Below are positions 8,889-16,968 of a stretch of DNA of 20,000 bases, in pieces. The notes under the pieces were generated by a model. The model was not told the origin of the DNA. It was given only the letters and a program-made list of their open reading frames with translations, and did not search any database. Numbering within the stretch: the first letter of the stretch is position 1; each line of letters begins with the position of its first letter. The position numbers and the translations under genes were made by a program. This DNA is from an uncultured virus (IMG/VR IMGVR_UViG_3300030580_000287) (Duplodnaviria; Heunggongvirae; Uroviricota; Caudoviricetes): the IMG/VR virus record IMGVR_UViG_3300030580_000287, one strand, 5' to 3'.

Positions 8889-9412
8889 CGCCGGTGCAGA
8901 AGCTGGGTGGGCTGGTGTTGCTGATCCTGGTATTGATGGCCGGTACAGCCGTCGCCACCTGGGAGGTGCAGGACTGGCGCTTGGGTAAGAAGGTCGCCGA
9001 GCAGGTCGCAGAGCAGGGCGCCGATCACCAGAAAGCCTTGGACGCGATCACCAGCGAAGCTTGGCGACAGCAGGCGGCCGAACAGGACAAGCGGCTGGCC
9101 ACCGAGCATCTGCTCGCTGTCCAGGACCTACAACACACTCGAGAACTTTCCGATGCCCAACGCAAACAGGCTCTTCTGCGTGATCGCCTTGCCACTGCTG
9201 ATGTGCGGCTGTCAGTCCTCCTTGCCGACGATCCGGCCGGTGGCTGCAACATGCCTTCCACCTCCGGCGCCGTCGGCGTGGTTCATGCAGCCCGTCGAGC
9301 CCAACTTGACCCAGCGCATGCTCAACGAGTTATCGCCATCACCGACGACGGCGACAACGCCCTGATTGCCCTGCGCGCTTGCCAGGCGTACGTCAGGGCT
9401 GTAGTACGCTGA
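8885..9412 (+). CDS. rz: Inner-membrane spanin (Rz-like)
   Basis: ATGA-coupled to the endolysin; N-terminal TM helix, coiled-coil, and C-terminal LRACQAYVR. Confidence 0.85.
   Translation: MTPVQKLGGLVLLILVLMAGTAVATWEVQDWRLGKKVAEQVAEQGADHQKALDAITSEAWRQQAAEQDKRLATEHLLAVQDLQHTRELSDAQRKQALLRDRLATADVRLSVLLADDPAGGCNMPSTSGAVGVVHAARRAQLDPAHAQRVIAITDDGDNALIALRACQAYVRAVVR
9153..9365 (+). CDS. rz1: Outer-membrane spanin lipoprotein (Rz1-like), embedded in rz
   Basis: Alternate-frame ORF inside rz with lipobox LMCG-C and a Pro-rich mature part (CLPPPAPSAWFMQP). Confidence 0.8.
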   Translation: MPNANRLFCVIALPLLMCGCQSSLPTIRPVAATCLPPPAPSAWFMQPVEPNLTQRMLNELSPSPTTATTP

Positions 9413-9517
9413 CCTACATTTACCGTCAAAAAAATTAGCGTGGCCTAACATGTAGGCAAATGAAGTGAGATCTGGCTGAGGGGCCCCGTCCAGCCAGATA
9501 GAACACCTTCGCCGTGA

Positions 9518-10210
9518 CTACTCGTCGAAAGCCGCTTCTAGATTAAGTTTTGCGGCGCCGCCTTCCCGTTGAAAACCAGGCTGGTTCAGCCTTACAGACC
9601 ATACATAGTCGTGTTTGGGGCCCACGTTGTCGATGTGACATTGGGCGCACTGAGCACGCGCTCGCGCTGGAGAGAATTGTTCATAGGGTGGCGCCTGATG
9701 CCCAAAACTGAAGTACGACCAACCGCCCGGCTCGCCGGGATAGCGTTTGCTGTCTTTGAGCATTAGGCTGAGCCCTGTTTGTCCGTGGGCAAAAATGACC
9801 TTACTGCCGCCGAGATTGCAAACATAAGCTGGCGGACCATCGCAGTTCTTCGGATCGATACTAGTGATACTGAACTCCTTAATCATCAGAGAACCTTCCG
9901 GCCACGTCCCTGTTTTCATGAAGGCTCGGTAGGCGCTTGGCTCAACATAGACACTATGGAATTCGGGCGTCTTCGTTACGGTGTTGTCTAGGGGGGTTAC
10001 AGTGATAGATTCCCACGCTGTATAGGCGTGCACCCACGAGCGGTAGCCTTTCGGAAGGGCCGCCTCACCGTTTTCGTTAAAGGCGAGCTTCACTGCCGGG
10101 AGAGGCAGTCCGGCATCATTGGATTGCTTCTCAATGGTGCCAGCCAGGGCAAAGGTCCCCGCCAAGGCTACCGACCCCATCATCAGCCCATAAGGCACTA
10201 CTCGAACCAT
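9518..10210 (-). CDS. Cytochrome P460-family c-type cytochrome (exported), 230 aa
   Basis: RBS AGGAGG before ATG 10210 and a signal peptide. FNENGEAALPKGYRSW, VYVEPSAY..FMKTGTWPEGSLMIKE, KDSKRYPGEPGGWSYFSF and a single C-terminal CAQCH heme motif. Confidence 0.85.
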   Translation of the reverse strand: MVRVVPYGLMMGSVALAGTFALAGTIEKQSNDAGLPLPAVKLAFNENGEAALPKGYRSWVHAYTAWESITVTPLDNTVTKTPEFHSVYVEPSAYRAFMKTGTWPEGSLMIKEFSITSIDPKNCDGPPAYVCNLGGSKVIFAHGQTGLSLMLKDSKRYPGEPGGWSYFSFGHQAPPYEQFSPARARAQCAQCHIDNVGPKHDYVWSVRLNQPGFQREGGAAKLNLEAAFDE

Positions 10211-10353
10211 ATATCCTCCTAGAAACGCAGCCGGTGAGAACGCTCTCACTGCATTGTTTGCTTTCCTTAAAGATAGAAATAATCGAAGTACTTGCTCGTT
10301 AGTTTCGTTCCAATCACTGGTCCACTCTCTGTTGTAGTGGGTCAGCGAACATT

Positions 10354-10860
10354 TCAGGCTAGATCGCTGCGCTCCGTGTCACTCTGTTTGGATCGAGTCG
10401 TCAGTTGTTGCGCCGCGTTCTTGAGCAGCACCAACGAGCCAGCCATCAACACTAGATCCTTGATCAGGAAAGAGGTGGCGCCGCCCATGGCAGGGAAGCC
10501 ACCTGCCGAAGCCTCCCAGCCACCCGGAGTGGTTAGGAGCAGACTGGCGGTTGTCAGGTAGGTCAGAGAGGAGGCTGCGGCGGCAATCAGCGTAATCCTC
10601 GGAGACCACACACCGATGGCCAGACCCAGACCGATAGCCCATTCGGCTCCGCCCAGAGCATAACTTGCACCCTGAGTGCCAAACACTTCGTACATCCAAG
10701 AAAGGAGGGGGCTGTTACTGATCAGCGGGATCAATGCCTGGGCTTCGTAATCAAACCATTTTGTGTAGCCAAACATCAGGAATATCAAGACAAGGGCCCA
10801 GCGCATGAATTCGACATCAAACGACTGGCGAAGCAAGCGGGAATATATGTATGAGAGCAT
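10354..10860 (-). CDS. DUF417 (YkgB/RclC-like) inner-membrane protein
   Basis: RWALVLIFLMFGYTKWFDYEAQALIPLISNSPLLSWMY...TTPG...FLIKDLVL motifs; four hydrophobic segments; RBS AAGGA. Confidence 0.85.
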   Translation of the reverse strand: MLSYIYSRLLRQSFDVEFMRWALVLIFLMFGYTKWFDYEAQALIPLISNSPLLSWMYEVFGTQGASYALGGAEWAIGLGLAIGVWSPRITLIAAAASSLTYLTTASLLLTTPGGWEASAGGFPAMGGATSFLIKDLVLMAGSLVLLKNAAQQLTTRSKQSDTERSDLA

Positions 10861-10962
10861 GGGATTTCCTTAACGACAATGAGAGTTATAGACGTAGAGT
10901 TCCCTCAAATCGATGCGTTACAGTTTTTGTAATTTTTTTGTATTTTTTTTGAAAAGGTCAAG

Positions 10963-11079
10963 AAGGGGATGCTGCGCTCGGCCAGCGTGCCGACGAATCT
11001 CGACTGGGTGCGCCGAGAGATGATGAGCCAGAGCTACACCACTAAGCTGGACCAACTATGGACCGTGGCGTGCAAATAG
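10963..11079 (+). pseudogene. rulB: 3' remnant (last 38 codons) of RulB/UmuC Y-family polymerase (DUF4113 tail)
   Basis: Reads KGMLRSASVPTNLDWVRREMMSQSYTTKLDQLWTVACK*, the characteristic UmuC/RulB C-terminus; no upstream coding part. Confidence 0.8.
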
Positions 11080-11082
11080 AGC

Positions 11083-11292
11083 TCATTCCTGTGTCAAAAG
11101 GACGGCCAGCGTCAATTTGATGGACTCTTCGTTATCTTCGATGGTGTGCAAGGAGCCGCGTACGTTCTCAGCTACGTCGGCAGATCCTCGCTGCTCCACC
11201 CAGTTAGATAACTCCATGATGGAGCTTACTAGGGCCAGTTGGTTTTCGTAGAGCTTATAGAGCAGGGTGGGAAGTAGATCTGAGTTCGGCAT
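11083..11292 (-). CDS. Small hypothetical protein of a type commonly seen at Pseudomonas prophage ends
   Basis: 69 aa MPNSDLLPTLLYKLYENQLAL..IMELSNWVEQRGS, with GAGA RBS; recognised from memory, convergent on the rulB remnant. Confidence 0.65.
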   Translation of the reverse strand: MPNSDLLPTLLYKLYENQLALVSSIMELSNWVEQRGSADVAENVRGSLHTIEDNEESIKLTLAVLLTQE

Positions 11293-11439
11293 CGGTGTTT
11301 CTCTTGTGGAGTGAACAGCTTAGCATTTGGCTCTTGGGAGCCCGTTCCAAGGTTATGAGTGTCCGCGCTGGCCACGGAACAGCGTCGGATAGGTGAGCTT
11401 TTGACCTGGCACATCACGGGATCGCGTTGTTATTGTTAT

Positions 11440-12621
11440 TCAGTTGACGTTGATCGGGTCACTTTTCGAGGTGCCAGTTCTAGCTTTCTTAATGTAAGAG
11501 CATTGATTACCATTATTTCTCACATCCTCATAACTCAGCGCTTTAAGCTGTATAGCTCGGTCATTTGCTTTTGTGATTCTATTTTCTATTTTATCGATCT
11601 CTGGCTTTGGCAGCAGTTCATACGAATTTACTGTGTTTAGCCTAGATTGCAATACCGGTATTTGGGAAGATACAAAGTAACCAATGTTGCATGTGTGAAT
11701 TCGCACATTGACGTCAGGGCTGGCAGCCCCGTTAGTGTTGGTTGAGATGTTTTGCTCGGCAGCTGCCAAGGATGTCTCTAGTTCGTCGAGATATATTTTG
11801 CCTTTTGCAATTCTGGCGCTGGAGACCAAAAGAAGTTGATCGTTAAGTCGGAGCATTTCGCCCAAGTTTTTTTCGTAGGTCATTACGTCAAAGGTGTTTG
11901 TGAGATTAAGGAAGGAAGTTTTATGAGCTGGTTTTTGAGGGATAAACGTTAGCCGCTCATCAGCCTTGGTGACGGAAATATCCTGTTTAGCTGCAAGAGT
12001 TATGTTTTTCGTCAGCGTGTTATATACAAGGGCATAGCATTCTTCACTGGAGGTGCACAACTCACGTAACCGAGCCCAGAGAATGTATGATGTGCTTGCC
12101 ATCGTCCGGAGGCGAACCATTTCTAAGCCCGTAGAAGACGATCGACCTTCAGCGCACAGCACCTGTCGAGCTCTCGAATCATAGTCAGCATAATTAGAGA
12201 TAATACTATCTACTGTAGTTTTGTATTTAATATCTCCTCTAACCTCTATAAGTGCCTCTTTCATTGCGGCAACATCTTTTGGATCGAAACCGAGGATGCG
12301 CTTAAGACCTTTGCCAGCCCCATATGTGATACCTTCCGCGGCGCAGGCAAACTCATCGACAGTATTGCGAACGAGTTTATTAGCTTCATCTAGGTAGCCA
12401 TAAACACTGCGGTCAGTCCGGTCAAGAATTTTGAATATTTCAATGCGAGTGTTTGTTGGGAAGGTTTTTATAACTTCAAGAGTTTCCTTGTCGACACCTG
12501 CTTTTACCTCGAACCCGAGGGTTGCCTTCAGCTCACCAAGGAATGCAAAACTGACGTTGGGGAAGGTTAGTAATAAGGATGCTAAAACGACTGTGTTTCG
12601 GACGGTTGAGCGCTTTATCAT
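11440..12621 (-). CDS. Hypothetical exported protein, 393 aa (moron)
   Basis: Long AT-rich ORF, RBS GAAGGGA, Sec signal peptide (MIKRSTVRNTVVLASLLLTFPNVSFA), six Cys, helical composition. Confidence 0.75.
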   Translation of the reverse strand: MIKRSTVRNTVVLASLLLTFPNVSFAFLGELKATLGFEVKAGVDKETLEVIKTFPTNTRIEIFKILDRTDRSVYGYLDEANKLVRNTVDEFACAAEGITYGAGKGLKRILGFDPKDVAAMKEALIEVRGDIKYKTTVDSIISNYADYDSRARQVLCAEGRSSSTGLEMVRLRTMASTSYILWARLRELCTSSEECYALVYNTLTKNITLAAKQDISVTKADERLTFIPQKPAHKTSFLNLTNTFDVMTYEKNLGEMLRLNDQLLLVSSARIAKGKIYLDELETSLAAAEQNISTNTNGAASPDVNVRIHTCNIGYFVSSQIPVLQSRLNTVNSYELLPKPEIDKIENRITKANDRAIQLKALSYEDVRNNGNQCSYIKKARTGTSKSDPINVN

Positions 12622-13036
12622 GTTGAGTCCCTTCGTCTTTTTTGGAATTAAGTGGGATAGGTAGGTGCTTATTTACACCTTCAGCTGAAATCCACTCATT
12701 TTTTCTATGATGGCAAGGAGCAACTATAGAACAACCCAAGCGTTTTGAAAGTCCTGAAAAAAACTTCAAATCGCTAGGCTTATGAAAGCGAAAGAAAATA
12801 CAATTTATTGAATGTGCGCTGCTGGCCGAACGCGGCCATACGATGATGGCTCATGAGTCGCTGACTATTTGATGGTTTGTGTTCAGTCTATAGGACGTCG
12901 ATCGCAGGGATTTTCTGATCGAAGGCTTGTAGGGAGATTTGCGGGGATTCGTGGATCATTGTTCAACATCGTTAGGCGTCGATTGCAGTGGGCGCCTACG
13001 TAAACATCTGTTGTGCAAGGGGTTTCAGAACGTCCG

Positions 13037-13086
13037 CTAGCATGGGGTGCTAGGGGTCGAGTGTTCGAATCACTCCGTCCCGACCA
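13037..13086 (+). tRNA. Partial (3' half) tRNA-Pro(GGG): prophage att core duplication, not a complete tRNA
   Basis: Anticodon arm CTAGC-ATGGGGT-GCTAG, T-arm GAGTG-TTCGAAT-CACTC and 3' ...CCCGACCA. Upstream sequence cannot supply a D-arm or 5' acceptor strand. Confidence 0.88.
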
Positions 13087-13097
13087 TATTTTTCAGT

Positions 13098-13131
13098 AAA
13101 AAAGCCGAACGCTAACCCGTTCGGCTTTTTT
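13098..13131. terminator. Bidirectional intrinsic terminator (probably the original tRNA terminator)
   Basis: A6-GCCGAACG-ctaacc-CGTTCGGC-T6. Confidence 0.85.
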
Positions 13132-13273
13132 GTGCGCGTAGACTTTTACAGGGAGACTGATCGCAGTTTTTTCAGTCTTTTCCCATCGGTGTAATTTATT
13201 TGTCTCTTGAAGCCTCTACCTTGCCCTGAGTCTTTCTTTGTCGTTCAAGAACTCCAAGGGATTGAATAGTTTT

Positions 13274-15424
13274 ATGCCTACTCTCACACGCAGGAGGCTG
13301 CTACAGGCGGCCGCTATCGGGTCAACCTTTACGCTGTTGCCCGACTCCATCCGCCAGGCCCTGGCGATCCCCGCTAACAACCGCACCGGCACGATCAAGG
13401 ATGTCGAGCATGTGGTGATCCTGATGCAGGAGAACCGTTCGTTCGATCACTATTTCGGCACCTTGCCCGGCGTGCGCGGTTTCAGTGATCGATTCACTAT
13501 TCCGTTACCCGGCAAGCATAAGGTCTGGGAGCAACAGGGGGTCGGGCGGAAGGTGTTGCCTTATCACCTGGACAGTTCGCTCGGCAACGCACAGCGGGTC
13601 AACGGTACGCCCCATTCCTGGGTGGATGAGCATGCGGCCTGGGGCAGTGGCCGGATGAATGCGTGGCCGACGTTCAAGACGTCCACGTCCATGGGTTACT
13701 ACCGTGAGCAGGAGCTGCCGTTCCAGTTTGCCCTGGCTAACACCTTCACCCTGTGCGATGCCTACCATTGTTCGGTGCACGCCGGCACCAATCCGAATCG
13801 GCTGTTTCACTGGACCGGCACCAATGGGCCGACCGGGGCCAATGTCGCGGCGGTGGTTAACGAGTGGGATGGTCCTGGCGCCGTGACGGTCGGCTACACC
13901 TGGAAAACCTATCCCGAGCGCCTGGAGGAGGCGGGCGTCAGTTGGAAGGTCTATCAGTTCTTGCCGGACAACTTTGGCGATAACCCATTGGCCGGCTTTC
14001 GCCAGTATCGCGCCGCCAGTGTCGCTGCCGGCAACCCCGCACAGCCACCGAAAGACTTTACGGCCTTTGTGCCTTACAGCGATCAACTCAATGCCCGGGT
14101 GCCGTTGTACAAGGGCAACGGCAATACCCTCCCGGCCAGCAGCGGCAGTCAACTGGAAGCGATCATCCAGGGCTTTCGTGACGACGTGCACGGTGGGCGC
14201 CTGCCCCAGGTGAGCTGGATCGTCGCCCCGGCCAATTACTCCGAACACCCCGGGCCTTCCAGTCCTGTGCAGGGCGGCTGGTTCACCCAGGAGATCCTCA
14301 AGGCGTTGACCGACAACCCGCAGGTCTGGAGCAAGACTGTGTTGCTGGTCAACTACGATGAAAACGATGGTTTCTTCGACCATGTGCCGTCGCCGTCGGC
14401 CCCGTCTAAGCGGCTGGATGGCAGCTTCGCCGGCAAGTCCACGGTGAAGTTCGACAGTGAGATTTTCACCCACCCGGCGCCACCCGGCTCGACCCAGCAA
14501 CCCAAGCCTGATGGTGGCGTCTACGGGCCAGGTCCGAGGGTGCCCATGCTGGTCCTGTCGCCGTGGAGCCGTGGCGGTTGGGTTAACTCCCAAGCGTTTG
14601 ATCACACCTCGGTACTGCAGTTTCTGGAAAAACGCTTTGGGGTGCGCGAACCCAATATCAGCGCCTGGCGCCGGGCCGTGTGTGGCGACCTCACGTCGGC
14701 GTTCAACTTCGTCAACCCCAACACCGAAACCCTGCCGCCGCTGCACACCACCACCCGGCAGGCCGCTGACTTGCTGCGCCAGCGCCAGGAGCAACTGGCC
14801 CAGGTTGCCCTGCCAGCAGTGGGCCGGCAACAGGCGCCGCATCAGGAGCGTATGGCGCGGCCATCCCGCGCCTTGCCATATCGCTTGAGCGTCGAGGCTT
14901 CGGCTGACCGTCGCGCCCGGTCGCTGACCCTGGACTTCATTAACCGTGGTGAGCAAGGCGCGGTGTTCCACGTCTATGACCGTCTGCGGCTGGAAGACAT
15001 ACCACGGCGCTACACCGTCGAAGCAGGCAAAACCCTCAACGACACCTGGCAAACCCTGGGGGCCTACAAGCTCTGGTTGTTGGGGCCGAACGGCTTCCAT
15101 CGTTCATTCCAGGGGAATCTGAAACGCAACGAGCCTGAGTTGTTGGTGGCCTATCGTGGCGACGCGCTGCTACTGACCTTGATCAACCCCGGCAAGCGCT
15201 CGGCTTCGGTCACCATCGGTCGCTGCCCTTACACCAAGCAAGGACCTTGGCTCTTTGAGATTCCGGGCGGCGGCACCCTGCAACGTACGTTCTCGTGTCA
15301 GCCCAGCGGTGGTTGGTATGACTTCAAGCTACGTGATGAACACGGCTGGATGCGCCGAGTGGCGGGGCGGATCGAGACAGGAGAGCACAGCATCAGCGAT
15401 CCGTTGATGGGTAAGCGCGTATAA
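13274..15424 (+). CDS. plcN: Phosphocholine-specific phospholipase C (PlcN/PlcH family), Tat-exported
   Basis: TRRRLL twin-arginine leader, VEHVVILMQENRSFDHYFG, T-N-PNR, SEHP, YDENDGFFDHV and FDHTS motifs; C-terminal DUF756-like repeats ending GRIETG..SISDP. Confidence 0.9.
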   Translation: MPTLTRRRLLQAAAIGSTFTLLPDSIRQALAIPANNRTGTIKDVEHVVILMQENRSFDHYFGTLPGVRGFSDRFTIPLPGKHKVWEQQGVGRKVLPYHLDSSLGNAQRVNGTPHSWVDEHAAWGSGRMNAWPTFKTSTSMGYYREQELPFQFALANTFTLCDAYHCSVHAGTNPNRLFHWTGTNGPTGANVAAVVNEWDGPGAVTVGYTWKTYPERLEEAGVSWKVYQFLPDNFGDNPLAGFRQYRAASVAAGNPAQPPKDFTAFVPYSDQLNARVPLYKGNGNTLPASSGSQLEAIIQGFRDDVHGGRLPQVSWIVAPANYSEHPGPSSPVQGGWFTQEILKALTDNPQVWSKTVLLVNYDENDGFFDHVPSPSAPSKRLDGSFAGKSTVKFDSEIFTHPAPPGSTQQPKPDGGVYGPGPRVPMLVLSPWSRGGWVNSQAFDHTSVLQFLEKRFGVREPNISAWRRAVCGDLTSAFNFVNPNTETLPPLHTTTRQAADLLRQRQEQLAQVALPAVGRQQAPHQERMARPSRALPYRLSVEASADRRARSLTLDFINRGEQGAVFHVYDRLRLEDIPRRYTVEAGKTLNDTWQTLGAYKLWLLGPNGFHRSFQGNLKRNEPELLVAYRGDALLLTLINPGKRSASVTIGRCPYTKQGPWLFEIPGGGTLQRTFSCQPSGGWYDFKLRDEHGWMRRVAGRIETGEHSISDPLMGKRV

Positions 15425-15450
15425 GGAGGCAGCTATCGCCCAGCTGTTTT

Positions 15451-15554
15451 CTGTAGCCGCTGCCGAGGTACGAGGCTGCGAAGTGGGCCGCAGGACCGCC
15501 TTTGGGGGCCGCTGCGCAGCCCATCGCAGCCTCGTACCTCGGCAGCGGCTACAG
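15451..15554. repeat. REPIN (inverted GTAG-type REP doublet), copy 1
   Basis: Perfect 31-bp inverted repeat CTGTAGCCGCTGCCGAGGTACGAGGCTGCGA at 15451-15481 / 15524-15554; second copy at 19810-19911. Confidence 0.85.
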
Positions 15555-15606
15555 GCAACCGAAAGCCAACAGCGTTCTCTTACGGCACTCTCGAATCTAA
15601 AAAAGC

Positions 15607-15638
15607 TTGACCTTCCAAACGTGGCAAGTCGGATAAAT
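15607..15638 (+). promoter_or_regulatory. Putative CueR-type promoter/operator of mexP
   Basis: TTGACC followed by partial dyad ACCTTCCA..TGGCAAGT; weak -10; same start as the boxes at 16905 and 19566. Confidence 0.6.
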
Positions 15639-15696
15639 GGAAAAAAAGCTGCTTCGTCTCAGCTAATCCAAGTCGACTCCCGTTGCGAAAGGTCAA

Positions 15697-16524
15697 ATGA
15701 CAAACGTCAAACGCGTAACCCTGATCACTGCGGCGATGAGCGTCGCGCTCACTCTCGCCGGTTGCAAGGACACGGTGCCCGCGGCTGCCCTCGCCAAGCC
15801 CCCGAGTGTTCCGGTAGCCGAGGTGGTCGTGCGCCCGTTGACACCTTTTGTCGAGTACACGGGCTCACTGACCGCCGTCGAACGGGTTGAACTGCGTCCG
15901 CGGGTCGCGGGTTATATTCAGAATGTGAGCGTGCCCGAGGGCCGTTTTGTCGAGAAGGGCAGTCGACTCTTTCTCATTGATCCACGGGTGTTCCAGGCTG
16001 CACTGAACGCTGCGACGGCGCGCCTGCGCGAAGCCGAAGCGGCCTCGATGCTCGCCCAGGCGGAGCATGCGCGGGCCCAGCAACTGTTCGCCAAAAATGT
16101 CGTCGCACGTGATCGCCTCGACACCGCAGTGGCTTCACTGGCTGCTGATCGTGGGACGGGAACAGTGCGTATCCGGGCGGTGGTCGATAACCCCGACGGG
16201 CAATTGACCCCCGGCCTTTTTGCCAAGGTCAAACTGGAGACCGGCACACCGCAAGCCAAGGTGCTGGTCTGCGATCAATCGATCGGTACCGACCAAGGCA
16301 GTCGCTATGTGCTGGTGGTCGATAAGGACGACAAGACGCAATACCGGCCCGTCGAGCCGGGTGCGATGGTCGATGGTTTGCGCGTAGTCGAACAAGGCCT
16401 GCAGCCGGGCGAGCGCATCGTCGTCAAGGGGCTGGTGCGCCCAGGCATGCAGGTCACGCCACAGACCGCTTCGATTGATGGTGCTCCCACTGCGCTGGCG
16501 CAAACCGTGGGAGCCGTGCAATGA
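15697..16524 (+). pseudogene. mexP: RND membrane-fusion protein (MexP-like) with in-frame internal deletion
   Basis: Lipobox LAGC, VELRPRVAGYI..V..G..VEKG..LFLID. Jumps from the alpha-hairpin (LDTAVASL) straight to AADRGTGTVRIRA at 16140/16141; 275 aa versus about 380-400 for the family. Confidence 0.8.
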
Positions 16525-16836
16525 CCTTTCCACGGTTTTTTATTGATCGCCCGATCTTTGCCATCGTGCTCTCGGTGTTGATGATGATCGCCGGCATCGT
16601 TGCCTTCTTTCAGTTGCCGCTCAGCGAGTATCCGGCGGTGACGCGGCCGACCGTGCAAGTGACCGCGTCCTACCCGGGCGCCAATCCCAGGGTGATCGCT
16701 GAAACGGTGGCCGCGCCACTCGAGCAGGCAATCACCGGAGTCGAGTGCATGCTGTACATGTCGTCGTAATCGGCAACGGATGGTCGAATGATCCTCACCG
16801 TCACGTTCGCCCAGGGCACGAACGCCGACATGGCCC
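16521..16836 (+). pseudogene. mexQ: RND transporter (MexQ-like) 5' fragment with a nonsense codon
   Basis: MTFPRFFIDRPIFAIVLS..EYP..PTVQV...YPGANP..LEQAITGV. TAA at 16767-16769, after which the frame continues SATDGRMILTVTF..NADMA and then ends. Confidence 0.85.
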
Positions 16837-16903
16837 GGCCATTCGTTGGAATCTTCTCGATTTTGGTCGTGTACGCGCCCGGATCGCCGCCAGCGAAGCA
16901 GGC
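16832..16903 (+). pseudogene. Internal fragment of an outer-membrane efflux factor (OpmE/NodT-like)
   Basis: GPAIRWNLLDFGRVRARIAASEA matches the second beta-strand motif of OMF proteins (PxixWxxxDfGrvra). Confidence 0.7.
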
Positions 16904-16904
16904 C

Positions 16905-16935
16905 TTGACCTTGCCAAAGAGGGAAGGTCTAGGCT
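16905..16935 (+). promoter_or_regulatory. CueR (MerR-type) promoter/operator of copA
   Basis: -35 TTGACC, 19-bp spacer, -10 TAGGCT; dyad ACCTT-N11-AAGGT at 16908-16928. Confidence 0.85.
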
Positions 16936-16968
16936 TTGTTCAACAGAGACATTCAAAGGGGTACTGCA

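Larger units (their letters stand above)
1..13086 (+). mobile_element. Right-hand part of a temperate siphovirus-like prophage (tail, lysis and accessory genes) ending at a tRNA-Pro att site
   Basis: Colinear, translationally coupled tail genes (ATGA/GTGA/TAATG overlaps), then endolysin and spanins, morons, and a duplicated 3' half of tRNA-Pro at 13037-13086. Confidence 0.93.

Noticed and set aside
9413..9456. CCTACAT...ATGTAGG inverted repeat after rz
   Set aside because: Only 7 bp with a long spacer; could be chance
10887..10923. ECF-sigma-like TGTAAC...CGTCTA upstream of DUF417 (minus strand)
   Set aside because: The 22-bp spacer is too long for an ECF promoter; cannot be supported
13505..15100. 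531-aa minus-strand ORF
   Set aside because: Antisense shadow of the GC-rich plcN gene; no recognisable motifs
15451..15554. CRISPR or ncRNA interpretation of the long palindrome
   Set aside because: Only dispersed inverted doublets with GTAG ends, no repeat-spacer array and no cas genes; fits a REPIN
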